From Dimorphilus gyrociliatus (taxonomy: Eukaryota > Animalia > Annelida), in assembly GCA_904063045.1 (NCBI GenBank), contig CAJFCJ010000013.1:540156-604155 (forward strand): a DNA stretch of 64,000 nt, read 5' to 3'. Both the position numbers and the translations under genes were made by a program. Positions 10,971 to 22,832 of the stretch are shown piece after piece. Numbering within the stretch: the first letter of the stretch is position 1; the number at the start of each line of letters is the position of its first letter. The notes under the pieces were generated by a model that did no database searches, was not told where the DNA came from, and saw only the letters and a program-made list of their open reading frames with translations.

Positions 10971-13900
10971 ATCGATACATAAATAATTGGAATTCGGTCA
11001 TTATTGCTTCAGCCGTCATTGACGTATTTGGAGCTATCTGTATTGCTCTTTATCATAAGCAGGTTAAACACGGCAAATAGGACCCATAAAGTCAACGGCA
11101 CAATTTTGAAATGGACTAACGAATTCTGCTGTATGGGAATCTGGTAGACTGACCATTCGTAGGACTGTTCTCTTGTAGTTTCTTGCAAGACATATTTTAC
11201 ACCTATTTAGGACCTTTAATCCCAGCTGCAGCGCATATAAGACGAAGTGTTTAAGCCAGTTTTATCCATATTACCCGAAGTGAAGCATGTTAATTACCGT
11301 AATGGATATGTTCAATACTTTTAATAATAATCGGATGGCGAGCATCTACGATAATTTTCTGTAATCTGTCCAGCACAGGGTAGATGCCGTCCTTCGCTGT
11401 AAGTAATGTGTTTGACAGTCTCTCTATCTTCATTGTGCTTTGTACTATTTTAAATCTAAAGCGTTTAGCAAGTTCCAGATCGATCAATGGCTGATAGACG
11501 GGAATCATTAATGAATTTTAAGATCCAAGCCATACTTTCATTTTAGCTCAATTTCTTCTTGTCAAATCTGCCATTGTGAAGTTAACTGTGGCTCTTTCAC
11601 GATTCCTTTCCATGGATATGTCTCTAAATAGTAACTATTTATCTTTCATTCTTCTCCTAATCTTCCTCGGATAATCTTCAATATTATTTTTATATCATAT
11701 GTAACACCATTCGGCCTTTGGTTCTGTGAGTACTAGTGATTTAACTACATGGCGAACAAATTTTGATAGCTTTGGATCCCCGTTAGCCAAAAAGCTCAAG
11801 ACGATTCTGCTGTCCACAAATACTCTAATAAGAGTGTTGGGAAGATGCTATTGAAGGGCTTGATAAAGTTTTGCGGGTCGCAACGCTGCTGCCAATTCTA
11901 CTCGAGGGATTTAATTCCAAGGAGACGAAAAAATACGGAAAGGGCTAGACAAAAGATTACTACAACTACCTGATACGGCATAAGGGCGTAGAGATACATC
12001 AGAATAGTAAATAGGTACCTGATATTTCCGAGGTTATCTTTTTAATATGGGTTGGGTCATCGGCTTCATCACCAGGAAGGCCACGAAATACAGAAATTGT
12101 AAGTTTAGCTTGTAGTTTTCTTGGTTCTATAAATCCCATTATATCATAAATGCAAGCCAAGTAAGAGTAAAATTTTACTGTTTAGTGACATATTTTGTCA
12201 ATGGTAGATCCTTTGCAGATAATTCGTAATGTAATCGATAAGCGAGCTTTTCTAATTCTATTTCGTTATTACTGATTAGGATTAGATCATCCATGTAATA
12301 GGAAGAAGTTACCAATAGCTTTTCTGGAGCAGACAGTAATGATGCTTGTCTTATACAGTAGTAGCATTTAATGCGGTACATGCTATAACGGGTGAACTTG
12401 GTGCTCTAAAGATATGTCTCATCTTTGCCGCTGACAGTATATTATAGTATTAGTATTAATATTTATGTGGACCTTTGTAGAGAAAACCAAAGTATTGTTG
12501 GTCGGGAGTAGCTACTCAAATATTCACACATTGATCGGATATCAGTTTAGATAAAATATGGACGAGTTCTCCATAGTTTAAGAAGACGAGTTTGATTTGA
12601 GAGAAGGTCCAAATAGGAGAAAATTATTTAGGGAGTTACCGTGATACTTAGCTGCACGATCGAAAAGATACGAATTGACTTCTTGCAACTGGTAACTCCG
12701 TGATGAGGGAGATAAAATTTACCCTGATCATGTGGGACAGGTTGAGCGTAATCATTATTGAATAGGGTTTGAATACCTTTGGCGTAGTCGTCGTTATAAA
12801 TGGATTACTGTAGACGGACTCTGGACTGATTGATTATTTTTCAACACATTGGGATCACATTTGATCAAAGGTCCAAAAATCGTTAGAAGGTTGTTTAAAA
12901 TTTACCAGCAGTTCAATAGCGTGGATATCAATAGGAGAGAGCGGTGGATCCAAGTTGAAATTACCTATTTTGGGCAACTGATTAACTGGAACGAACCGAT
13001 GAGCATTATAGCCTGTTTCTGTATAAGTCATGCTGTTATTTACTATGTTTGAGTGTTTGGCTACATTGGAAGTAGTACAGGGTAGTGGGGTTCGATACCA
13101 ACCAAGTGGGAATCTATTATAATTGTTCTTGTTGTCTCGGAACGTTTCCAGGACTCCATGATGGGGACTACATTGTCCAATAAGAATTACTACACTGTCA
13201 AGGAAGCCAACAGTTGATGAACAGTGGATGTTCCTGTTGCTGGAACTTGTGTTGAGGCAGTATAGACGATCACTCGTTCCTTATTAACATTAGCTTATAC
13301 GATCGCTACGTAAACAGTTAGAACAACAGTTAAGTAGCTGAACAAGTGTCTTTTTTCTTTTGAGATTGGTATTTATGAGTGGATAGTAGACCAAACTTGA
13401 GTGGTTGTTCGGACATGAACATATTGAATTCTCATCCAGTAGCTGATTTATTGAATCCACGTTTTTGCTCTACTGGTTTTATTATGAGAAGAATGCTTGT
13501 CGTCAAATTCCTTATATCGACTTCCTGAATGTTGATTTTTGTGTAATATCGTGAAGAATTTTCTTTATTATATTAGACGCTACGACTATTGTATTCGTTG
13601 AATGAGAAACATAAAGTAAATTTTCAATGGCGTTAATAATTCTCACTATGGATTGTCCTAATTTTGTTGTAATTGAGCTAAAGTCATCAGGATATTCAAA
13701 AAGGAGATGATCAACTTCCATTCGAATGTACGACCTCTGCTTTTAGGTAGATTTAGAAGTGCAAGGAGGGCATTGAATTCAATCCAGTCTCAAATTATAT
13801 TGGATTGGAAGGGTAGAGTTCTGTCGAGGATTCGTCCTAAGGCAGGTCCTCCGGATAATGAAGCATCACCATAAACAAAATTCAAAGTCTTGACTAGAGT

Positions 13901-14793
13901 TGTGAACTCTCATTGTCATCGTGTGGTAAAATTCGCGACTGTATACATCGTCTGTTATCCAGCGCTTTGCAATTAGACAGTTCTCAGAATCTTCAATATT
14001 GGCTTCCATCAGGGGGTATTTACTGTTTTGTATAAATTTAGATAGTTCCATCGAACGTTTCGGATGAGGTGATCGTTTTATATCTTAAAGAGTCGATTCG
14101 GGTAGCAAAGCCGTCCATTAAAGGACCAGCATTGGTCGTCTATTAATGGTAGTTGGAATTCTGTCATCTTCTTTGTGAAGATTTCGAATGTTCAGAATTC
14201 CACCATTTTGTTCTTTAACCGTTGAGATATGTTCCATTTCTTGCGTTTAAATAGGTACAGGTCGGTTGCCTAATTCATTGACAGGATTTGTTTATTAGGA
14301 TCCATCATTTGAATAATATGCTCCATTTGAGTAGCTAGTCTTGTCTCCATTACATTAATATCTCCTTTGTTCCGGGCAGTTATCTCTGTTAGTCTTTCCT
14401 TAAACCTATTTCTTAGCGCTTCCAGTTTACCATCTATGGTTGACGACTCGGTTGCGACTACCCTTTGGAGGATTGGTTCTGAATCCAATAGACTTGGATG
14501 GTTGGCACCGGTAGCCATTTGAATTCTATTCTTCTTCGGCTTATTTGATTTACTGATACCTTAAATTATTGTTGTCGATTGACGCAACAATTGCAAATAA
14601 ATATGTTCAGTTACTTTATAGTTTATATATAATAGTTGAAAAATATCTATGTTTGGCATGAATGAAAATAGAGGGAAAGCAACATTTTCAAATATTAGAA
14701 ACGTAAAGTTAAAGATTAAAATAATGTAATGGATAAAATATCGGAAACATTGGCGCCATACCAATATCTAGGCTTCAAAGTCAACGTCGACAT
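10971..14793 (-). mobile_element. Degenerate BEL/Pao LTR retrotransposon B
   Basis: LTR-like 14570-14793 aligns to the LTR of A; gag-like ORF 14270..14518; RT SYYMDDLIL (12175..12381); integrase-start motif PFQNCAVDFMGPI near 11080-11120. The 3' end is cut by a Tc1 end at about 10970. Confidence 0.8.
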
Positions 14794-14811
14794 ATACTAT
14801 ATAAATTTACA

Positions 14812-17800
14812 TGTAGTCGATGGTCATAGCGATCAGATTTGACACGCTGGCAAGCTCACAATGTGTCATCATTATATTTAAGTCATATTATTTAAACTTA
14901 AACTAAGACTAAGTTATATTTTCATTAGTGTTATGATATTCATTCCTACTATATCCATTTCAAGCTAATAGCGATTATTTTAAATAATCATCTTTACTTG
15001 ATAAAATTGTCTGTAACGACAACATTAGTATAAAATAGTACTAAATTGAATAAAATAATGCCGAGAAAGAGTAAAATTCTAATGGCCAACCTTCCTAGTC
15101 AAACGGAAACCATAAATCAAATGGTTAATACGTCCAAATCATTGGAAAAGCAAAGAAACAATTTCAAAGAAAGAATCGTTGAATTAACTGCTCAGAAATG
15201 AAAGCCCAGATGAAACGTACCATCCAAATGATCAGTTATAATCAAACTGACCTTACCAACGAATCACGTCATTTATCTGCTGCAACAGTCAAAGAACGAG
15301 ATGGCGGAATTTAGAATATTCAAATTTCTCAAGATTTTTCAAACAGAGAAGAGACGTCATCTATGACTCATAATCAAATTAAAACATCCCACGAATCGAC
15401 TTTCTAAGAAATAAAAGGATTGATCCATCTGAAAAGTTCGATGAGACCAACTGTCAACATTTCCACAAAACGATCATTTCTCCATTAACGGAAGCTTAAC
15501 TGGACGATTTATATAAATGTTTGATCGTAAACCGTTGGATGTCGGAAGATGTAAGCACTCGCAAATTCTGCGACTTGAACAGTAATAATACCGATAAAAA
15601 TAGTTCTCAAGACTTAGTCAATGATCTAAAATACGTCTATGATTATACTTCACTAGTTGAGGAATATCATCAGAACGAATTTTTGATAGAAATACGACCT
15701 CATCACACTACCTTACATCACAAGGATCCAATAACATCCAAATCAACTTTTTCTGTAAACACAAATCAGTTCAACACCAACAACGAAAGGATGTCTATGA
15801 ATGCTGCAAAGGTTCAAGTTCCAGCTTCAGGTACTTCTATAACTCATAGAATGCTATCAATTGATACCGGTACATCAATATCAATAATAAGTCGCCAATT
15901 TTTACAAGACATGTCCTCTCAACCAAATTCCAATGAACAATGTCACATTGATATTTCATGTGCGAATAATGATTTTCAAGCCATTCACACTGAGAAGGTA
16001 AAGGTTATCTTTCCTCAATTGGGTAAAAACTATGATGTCATGGATATGTAGTAGACTCTACACCTCCAATGGCAAGTCAACCAGCTATACATTAATTCAC
16101 ATTATACCGAAAAAGGTTTTATTTATTGGACAAGTTGATCTACTCATCGGTCTCACAAGAACTCTACTTTTATTGAATTTATAATAAAGATTGCTATAGA
16201 AGATTTCGACACCGAACCCCCAAACTCTCTCAACGATATTCACGCCGTTGATATACTGGCAAATTATACTTAACCATCGAACTATTACTGGACCTTTCCT
16301 CTACCTTTCAAATGCAACCCTAAAATTTTACAAAACAACCGCTCTATGGCCAGATGTTGATTACAAGCTACATATATGCAGTATAGGCAAAAAGTCAGGA
16401 TTTAGGTCAGGACTCAGGGCTGGCCAGTCTTGCTAGTGCCTTATGTTCTTTTCATTTTAGGTACCTTAAGCTACTCCTAGATGTATGGCAGGGAGCACCA
16501 TACCTCTGCTGGCATCACTTTTTATAAAACCCCGTATATTTAGGGAACCATTTGCCTCTTTAAAAGTTTTTATGGCATATTTTGCCTTATATCTATTAGC
16601 TGGATAGGTTGATAGGGATATGACTGATGCTAGTTTAGAGGCTGACAAAACTTTTTTTGCTCCCCAGAAAGGATTTCTGCTTGATATAAGGCATATAATA
16701 TTCTCTCATCTCGCTCACTTAATTTGACTGGTCTGCCACATCTGGGTAAATCTCTAATTGTATGATGCAATTGAAACTTTTTCCAGATATTTTGGGCGCT
16801 GAATCTAGAAATTTCAAACATTTTGGCAATTTTGTTCAATGATAACTCTTCTTGGTGTTTTTCAACAACCAAACGACGAATTCCATTATCAATGACCACC
16901 ATTTTTTTGAATAACCAAAGATGTAATTATAATAAGATAATTTCGTGTTTGATTTATGCAACTTAGTCCCCTAGTTTTTGATTAAATAACGACGAATATA
17001 TGAGACGAATACAAACTTTGTTTTACAACAATTACGCTCGATCTGTATCACATGACGAAGTAAATACTACCTCATTAAAGTCGTCCCGCATTGTATTAGA
17101 TGGTGCTGCAAAGTATCGGGGCTATTCTCTCAATGATGTTCTATTACCGGGACTTCCATTATTGGCAAATCAGATACAACTTCTTACACTACAACCATGC
17201 TTCATCCTTGCAGACATTAAATCAATGTTTATGAACATTAGAGTAGATACTCCGCATTAATTCTACTTTGGCTTCCTCTACGAGGACCCTAATCAGAAGG
17301 GTAACATTTTATCCACCGTAATGACTCGGCGTATTTTTGGCGTTTCACACTTCATAGCGTATACTGCCCTAAACTCATCTATTAAACAAGCTATCGATCT
17401 ATCTACCCGAGAAAAGGCTATGATATCATCATCCTTCTTTATGGACGACCTCATTTTAGTAGGTAATAATAAAAAAGATTTAGAAAATCTTGAAAACAGC
17501 TACATCAAGAACTTGCTGCTAATGACCTACATCTTACTAAATATACTACTAATAATATAAGATGCAATTCAAGTCGACCTTCCACAGTGCGGCGTTCAGT
17601 GACGAAACGTCATTTCTACTCATACTTAACCCTAATCTACGATATCATGGCCTTATATTGAACCGAATAAACTTCAGATTAATTCCGATTTCATGGGCTC
17701 CATTGAAATGAAAAGGTTGATGAAACGTGTATCCTAAACACAATCTCTGAGTCAGCCGGAATCTATTCAATTTCGAGGAAAATCCCTACTCCTGATGCAA

Positions 17801-19000
17801 TCCACATCTATTCAGATGATATATGATATCGCTTATGGAGCTGCTATTAAAGACAATCAGGGCTATCTCTTATCCTCATCTTCTCGCCTTTTCTCTTCTC
17901 CCCGAGCATCAATCCCTCGAGCAGGATTGAGCAATAGTTCGAGCAGAAAACTTTATAAAACCCTACAAAACTATCTTTTCTGATTCCCCTATTAGAGTTT
18001 TCATCGAAGTAAGATTGTTTTAAGTTATCTAAAAAATGGGGATCTGAAACTATTCAAATCAATCCGATAAGCAGTCTAGTCGTTAATAGCAACCGAAACG
18101 AAGGCGGAATGGTGCTATGTTAAATCAGAGAATAACGATGCAGACTACCTGACGAAAACAAGGAGAAATATGAGGGAGAAATGGACACTCTCTAAGACTA
18201 AAAACCCTGAGATAAGTCATATAAAAGCGACAATAAACTTTGTCATAGCAGACTTCACATATGCTATAAAGAGATTCTGGCGAAAATGCGCCGTACCATG
18301 ACTTGAATCCTGAGATTTAAGTCTAATTCTCATTTACCTACTGATGTTCGTCTAAAGGATCCGAAGATAACAACCATTGAACTAGACTTGGCACAACGAT
18401 ATCTATTTAAAATCGTTCAAGGTTCTATGCGTATAGAAAGATTATCAAAGATATACTCATTATTCAAGGAGGAGGATGAAATTTACATAATGTTAGGTAG
18501 GTCAGATAAATTAAATGAGACAAAGAAGACCATTGTGTATGCTCTATTATCACTAAATTTATCGAACACACACGTTATGTCAACAAATCAGGCGTCTCTC
18601 CGAGTAAAATGGATGAGGTTCGCCGAAAGTCTACACCCCCTATACGTGACAACAGAGATAAAGAAAGTCCTAAAATACATGTTAGGCAATAGCTTGCCAT
18701 CCCTGTGAGCCGATACAATATCGTTATAACATTGTAGCATCTCGTGGACCATGAGTTTCCTAAAGTAACCTTGTTGCATGCCCATCATGGTTAATAATCC
18801 TTAGTTGGTTCCAGCAGCCCAGAGAACTGACGACAATGGCAAAACAATAGTCCTGATAATGCGCTCTCAGTCTCGTTTGATGAAGACCGTATTGGCCACA
18901 TATTCGGCCGCCATCGCTTCATACGCTAGCAACCGCGATTTACATTTAAAAGACTTATATGCTGCTTTTCCGAGGTTGATGAACGCACTTTTTTGTATGG
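14812..19000 (+). mobile_element. Degenerate BEL/Pao LTR retrotransposon C
   Basis: LTR 14812-15024 (TGTAGTCGATGG...GACAACA); protease-like LSIDTGTSISII in 15521..16051; RT RIVLDGAAKYRGYSLNDVLLPG, LADIKSMF, MTRRIFG, FFMDDLIL (17000-17560). The 3' boundary is approximate. Confidence 0.85.
16350..16984 (-). mobile_element. Tc1-like element relic nested in BEL element C
   Basis: ORF 16630..16902: paired-like HTH (SLNKIAKMFEISRFSAQNIWKKF...RDLPRCGRPVKLSERDER), continuing after a frameshift as NPFWGAKKVL. BEL RT sequence resumes at about 16985. Boundaries approximate. Confidence 0.8.
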
Positions 19001-19057
19001 TAAAAAGTCCAGTCCCCCCATCGGACCTAAGGACGTCGTATATATCAAAGACCGGAT

Positions 19058-19074
19058 CACTGGGTGCCGTAGTC
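19058..19074 (+). pseudogene. 5S rRNA 3'-end fragment
   Basis: CACTGGGTGCCGTAGTC (1 mismatch to the 5S 3' end), then T-runs and CTTCTCTTTGGTCCTC, which matches the downstream flank of copy 3. Confidence 0.75.
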
Positions 19075-19321
19075 TTTTCTTCTTTGCCTTCTTCTCTTTG
19101 GTCCTCCCAATCTAGTTTGATACCTTTAAAGATATCTGTTATGCAATAAAAACCAAAAGTGTGAATTATATTAGTTTACGAGTGGAAGAGTGTTAACAGT
19201 TTGGCTTACATTATTTTCTTTATGTTCAAAGAAACATTTGAGATGTTTACCTGAGCGCAAAAGCTTCAGTTGAAAAAAGAAAAGGAAGCAAGAAGGACTG
19301 AGGAAGAAACAAATGGCAAAA

Positions 19322-19401
19322 GAATACGGCACCCAGATGATTTTCCATCCAAGTACAGAGTTCGGTGTTCGGACGAGAACCGATGCGTGAACATTGTATA
19401 C
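19322..19401 (-). pseudogene. Internally deleted 5S pseudogene
   Basis: Colinear pieces GAATACGGCACCCAG / CCATCCAAGTAC / TTCGGTGTTCGGACGAGAACCG / GTATAC, with internal deletions relative to the 118-nt unit. Confidence 0.9.
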
Positions 19402-20187
19402 AATGGTGTGGCTTATCTTGCAATACTCAAAAGGAATTTGTGATCATTTATTTTTCGTCAACAAGTCTCTTGCGTTCGATTTCACCCTTGTAACAAGAGA
19501 TTTTATCATATGAAATGGAGCTGGACAATAATCTCTTTTAGCAACAATACGGCATAATTACAAAAGTGACGCTTGAACAATGTAATTGTGCGACTATGCT
19601 ACGGGAAAGAGGTTGCAGTCGGAATAGATTTAAAGTTCTCAATCTGCATTAGCTGATGATGAATCACAGACTTGTCTTTGGTTAGTCTATTTTCACCGTT
19701 AATATTATATAGAGTAAAGAAGTTCTTTATAAGCGACCCTTTTCCTTTTGGATAGTATTTCTCTACGGTAGTGGTAGAAGAACATATATATATATATAGT
19801 ATATACAGTATGTATTACTTTTTATTTATGACCAGGGATAAAAGAGTAATTTTCCAAGTTTTATCTTCTTAAGTGATACATACCAGAGTTTAATTAATAA
19901 TTCATTACGTTTTATAACTGTAAACTTGATATGAAACCGTTAATTATATAATTTAATTTCATTTTACATGTTGTTTATATGTGTCTAGGTCAGAGCTGAC
20001 TACTCTGACATAGAAAATGGACATAATAACATCCATCTTAAATTTGATAATAGAATTGAGTAAATAGTTAATTATTAATGTTTTATTTAAGTACATATAC
20101 ACATACAGATAACACGTATGAATATGCCGAATATATACAGCAATATGAAAGTATCGTTAATGAATTATGGGTAATCTTTTTTATGTT

Positions 20188-20705
20188 TTATTCTCGAAAA
20201 CACATCTCACTGGCCATGAGAATGAACGATTCGCGAGTCAATTGGCACGGTATTTTTTCTCTCAGAATAGTGTTGCGCTCCAGTCCTTCTATAAACGTTT
20301 ATCAATTAATAAAGACAATAATCATTCATCAAAATTATATACATACTTTGACATACAGCGTATATTTCCAAATTCTCCAAAACTAGATGGCCGTCAAGGG
20401 TAAACTTGACGCTGCTTTCGTAAGAATTTCTATAAGGGGTAATAAACTCTTTTATTTTTGCGCTGAATATCGAATCCCAGCATTCTTTCACAATACTGTA
20501 GCCGTCTGGCCCGTCTATTTCTTGAAATCTCGTAATCTATGGGAGACGTGAACATTTTTTTATGTATTAAAGTTACCAGTCTTATCTTGAAACTTACGAA
20601 TTCTTGACGAAGTTTTTCACTCTTTTCCACACTCTTTTCCACCTCCTCTAGTAGGGGGAACGTATCAATGGGAATAAGGTAGTCACATGACCTTAACTGG
20701 ACCAT
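20188..20705 (-). CDS. Predicted 3-exon orphan protein, 132 aa
   Basis: Exons 20705-20598, 20536-20347, 20288-20188 join in frame through 61- and 58-bp GT-AG introns (GTAAGT, GTATGT donors): MVQLRSCDYLIP...ITRFQEIDGPDG...SEMCFRE*. No recognised domain; no expression evidence. Confidence 0.5.
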
Positions 20706-21452
20706 TTCGAGTATACTTAGTGTGCACACAAAAAGAGGGGATTTGAAAAGCTTTGAGTATTATATATACTAAATTTAAAACAGAAAACTGGTAGGAAATT
20801 CTTACCGTTTAGCTTCTTATTTTTTTAAGGAGAGTTATCGCGGGAAATTTCAAATGAGAAAATATTATTTTTAAGTAAATTAAATAGAAAATATCCTAAT
20901 GCCGACTTTTTCAAATATTAATTTCATATTTTATTATTTTATTCATGCCTTTAAAGATAGAAAAAAAGGTTTACGCAAAGTAGAATTCATGCGAACGATC
21001 GTCAGAAAAAAAATACTTATAAACATGTTCAACTCGAGCACTGAGTTTTTGGAATATCGTTTATAAACATTATCTTTTCATTTAAGGCCGTATGACTAAA
21101 TTATTAAGTTTAAATATAGGTGACTATTATATCATTTCTATTCCAGATAGATGTGGACGATAATCTAATGTATTCGGGTTCATTATAAATGAATACCCTT
21201 CCTTAATTCTTATTGGTCGTAAGATATTTTGATAACCTCAAAATTAGAATGAAGAAGCTAACCGGATTTAGATGGCCAGTTTCGTATGGTTTAGATTATT
21301 TTGTACTATAAATTTCCGAGTAATCGTTGTACTTTTTAATAGTTAAATAATATTTGTAAAGCAAAAATATTTATTACCAAACCGTCTCCAAAAAAACTGC
21401 AAACATATAACATAGATGACGGGCAATGCAAATATAAGGATAAATTTTGGAA

Positions 21453-22832
21453 TTACAAGGAATACTGCAAAAGAAGAACCTTTTCTCTGCACTGAGGTGT
21501 AACAATAAAGAATGTGACCACCTCTTTAGTAGCGCTACATTCGATAAAGCCATGAATTCCAAACACTTTAACTGTCTCATAAGCCTTGCTTTCATATGTA
21601 CGTGGATGAACGATATACATGTATTTTCCAGTCGACAGAAAATGAAAACCATCTCCCAACTTTAAAAGTATATCTCGCAGAAAAGAAAATTTCGATCTAT
21701 CAGTGCTATAAATCGTTACTTGCCTTTTTCTCAAACGTTTAAAATCGCGATCAGTCACTAGGAGAGTGTGGTCAGGGCCAAGATAGAAATAATCATTGTC
21801 AATTGCTTTGACGAATTTTCCGTTCAACTCTCTAGTACGCATCTCAGGCTTCTTTGCTTTTTGCTTTCTGTAAATATTGTCTCCACTTACCAAAGAGAAG
21901 CTCATTTCATGACATACAATTCTCAGAGGTTCTTTTATCTTAATTTGAAATGCAACGCTATCAACAACATTACCACTAGCAGTGCTAACCGTATCCGTTC
22001 TTATGCGAGGATAGCATTCTTTTTTGTCTGTGCTTATCACCATGATCTTGTCGTTTCTCTTCGCTATACCCATATTCAATAGACCATCCTTAGCTATTAT
22101 CATATCAGGTTCAATATGACTTTCATATGGGAGTTGATACACAGACCCAACACTCGTTGAACTGCAAGTCAGAACGAAAAACTTTCTTGCCATAGGATAT
22201 AGGCCTTTTATCTGATCTCGGAATTGGAAAAAAAACTTGTTTTGAGGCTGCACCGGACCATCATGCAAGCCCTCAAGAACCTCCAGTCGATACATATATA
22301 AAGATCTTTTCCACATCATTATACCAAGCAGATTTTGACTAATAACTATCTTAAGCCTTCGTCTCATAGCTTCGATTGAATCTTGGAATGGATAACCATC
22401 CCATAATTCAACCTCTTCCGCCACACCTTTCAGCTGATTTATTTTCGCAAAGTAGCCGTTATCAATTTGTTTTCTGAGTTCACGGTTGTGATACTCCATA
22501 TCTGGATCAACAGGACGTGTCATCAAGTACTCTATTTTCAAAATTTTCTCCTCGATCAGATTGTTATATTGTAGGAGTAATTGTTGTCTCAAATAGTTGA
22601 GACTGTTTAACTCTGGAACCTTCTTAAAAGCATCCAAACCTTTTGATGGCCATCTTATAAGTTCTCGACAAACTGGACATCTAAAGTTTTTATTTGTTCT
22701 TGGCGGTAAACAAACATTGATCGAACAGAGGCATTTTCTACATAGTCTATGCACAGGGGAGCAAGCCAAAGTATATGAGTTTTCGTAGAAAAGCATATCG
22801 TCGCAGACACAGCAAATAATTGGAGAAGGCAT
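21453..22832 (-). CDS. Intronless RING-HC + coiled-coil + beta-rich C-terminal domain protein (459 aa), putative E3 ligase
   Basis: CVC...CSPVHRLCRKC...CPVCR RING spacing, then WPSKGLDAF. First ATG is at 22832; the ORF track start is a TTG. Confidence 0.85.
   Translation of the reverse strand: MPSPIICCVCDDMLFYENSYTLACSPVHRLCRKCLCSINVCLPPRTNKNFRCPVCRELIRWPSKGLDAFKKVPELNSLNYLRQQLLLQYNNLIEEKILKIEYLMTRPVDPDMEYHNRELRKQIDNGYFAKINQLKGVAEEVELWDGYPFQDSIEAMRRRLKIVISQNLLGIMMWKRSLYMYRLEVLEGLHDGPVQPQNKFFFQFRDQIKGLYPMARKFFVLTCSSTSVGSVYQLPYESHIEPDMIIAKDGLLNMGIAKRNDKIMVISTDKKECYPRIRTDTVSTASGNVVDSVAFQIKIKEPLRIVCHEMSFSLVSGDNIYRKQKAKKPEMRTRELNGKFVKAIDNDYFYLGPDHTLLVTDRDFKRLRKRQVTIYSTDRSKFSFLRDILLKLGDGFHFLSTGKYMYIVHPRTYESKAYETVKVFGIHGFIECSATKEVVTFFIVTPQCREKVLLLQYSL

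Noticed and set aside
14545-14565. AGGTATCAG on the minus strand after LTR B as a tRNA-iMet primer-binding site
   Set aside because: Partial match only, not adjacent to the LTR end and not conserved in element C.
21768-22788. Plus-strand ORFs overlapping the first RING gene (similarly the antisense ORFs within beta-adaptin and UNC119)
   Set aside because: Antisense shadows of real coding sequence.
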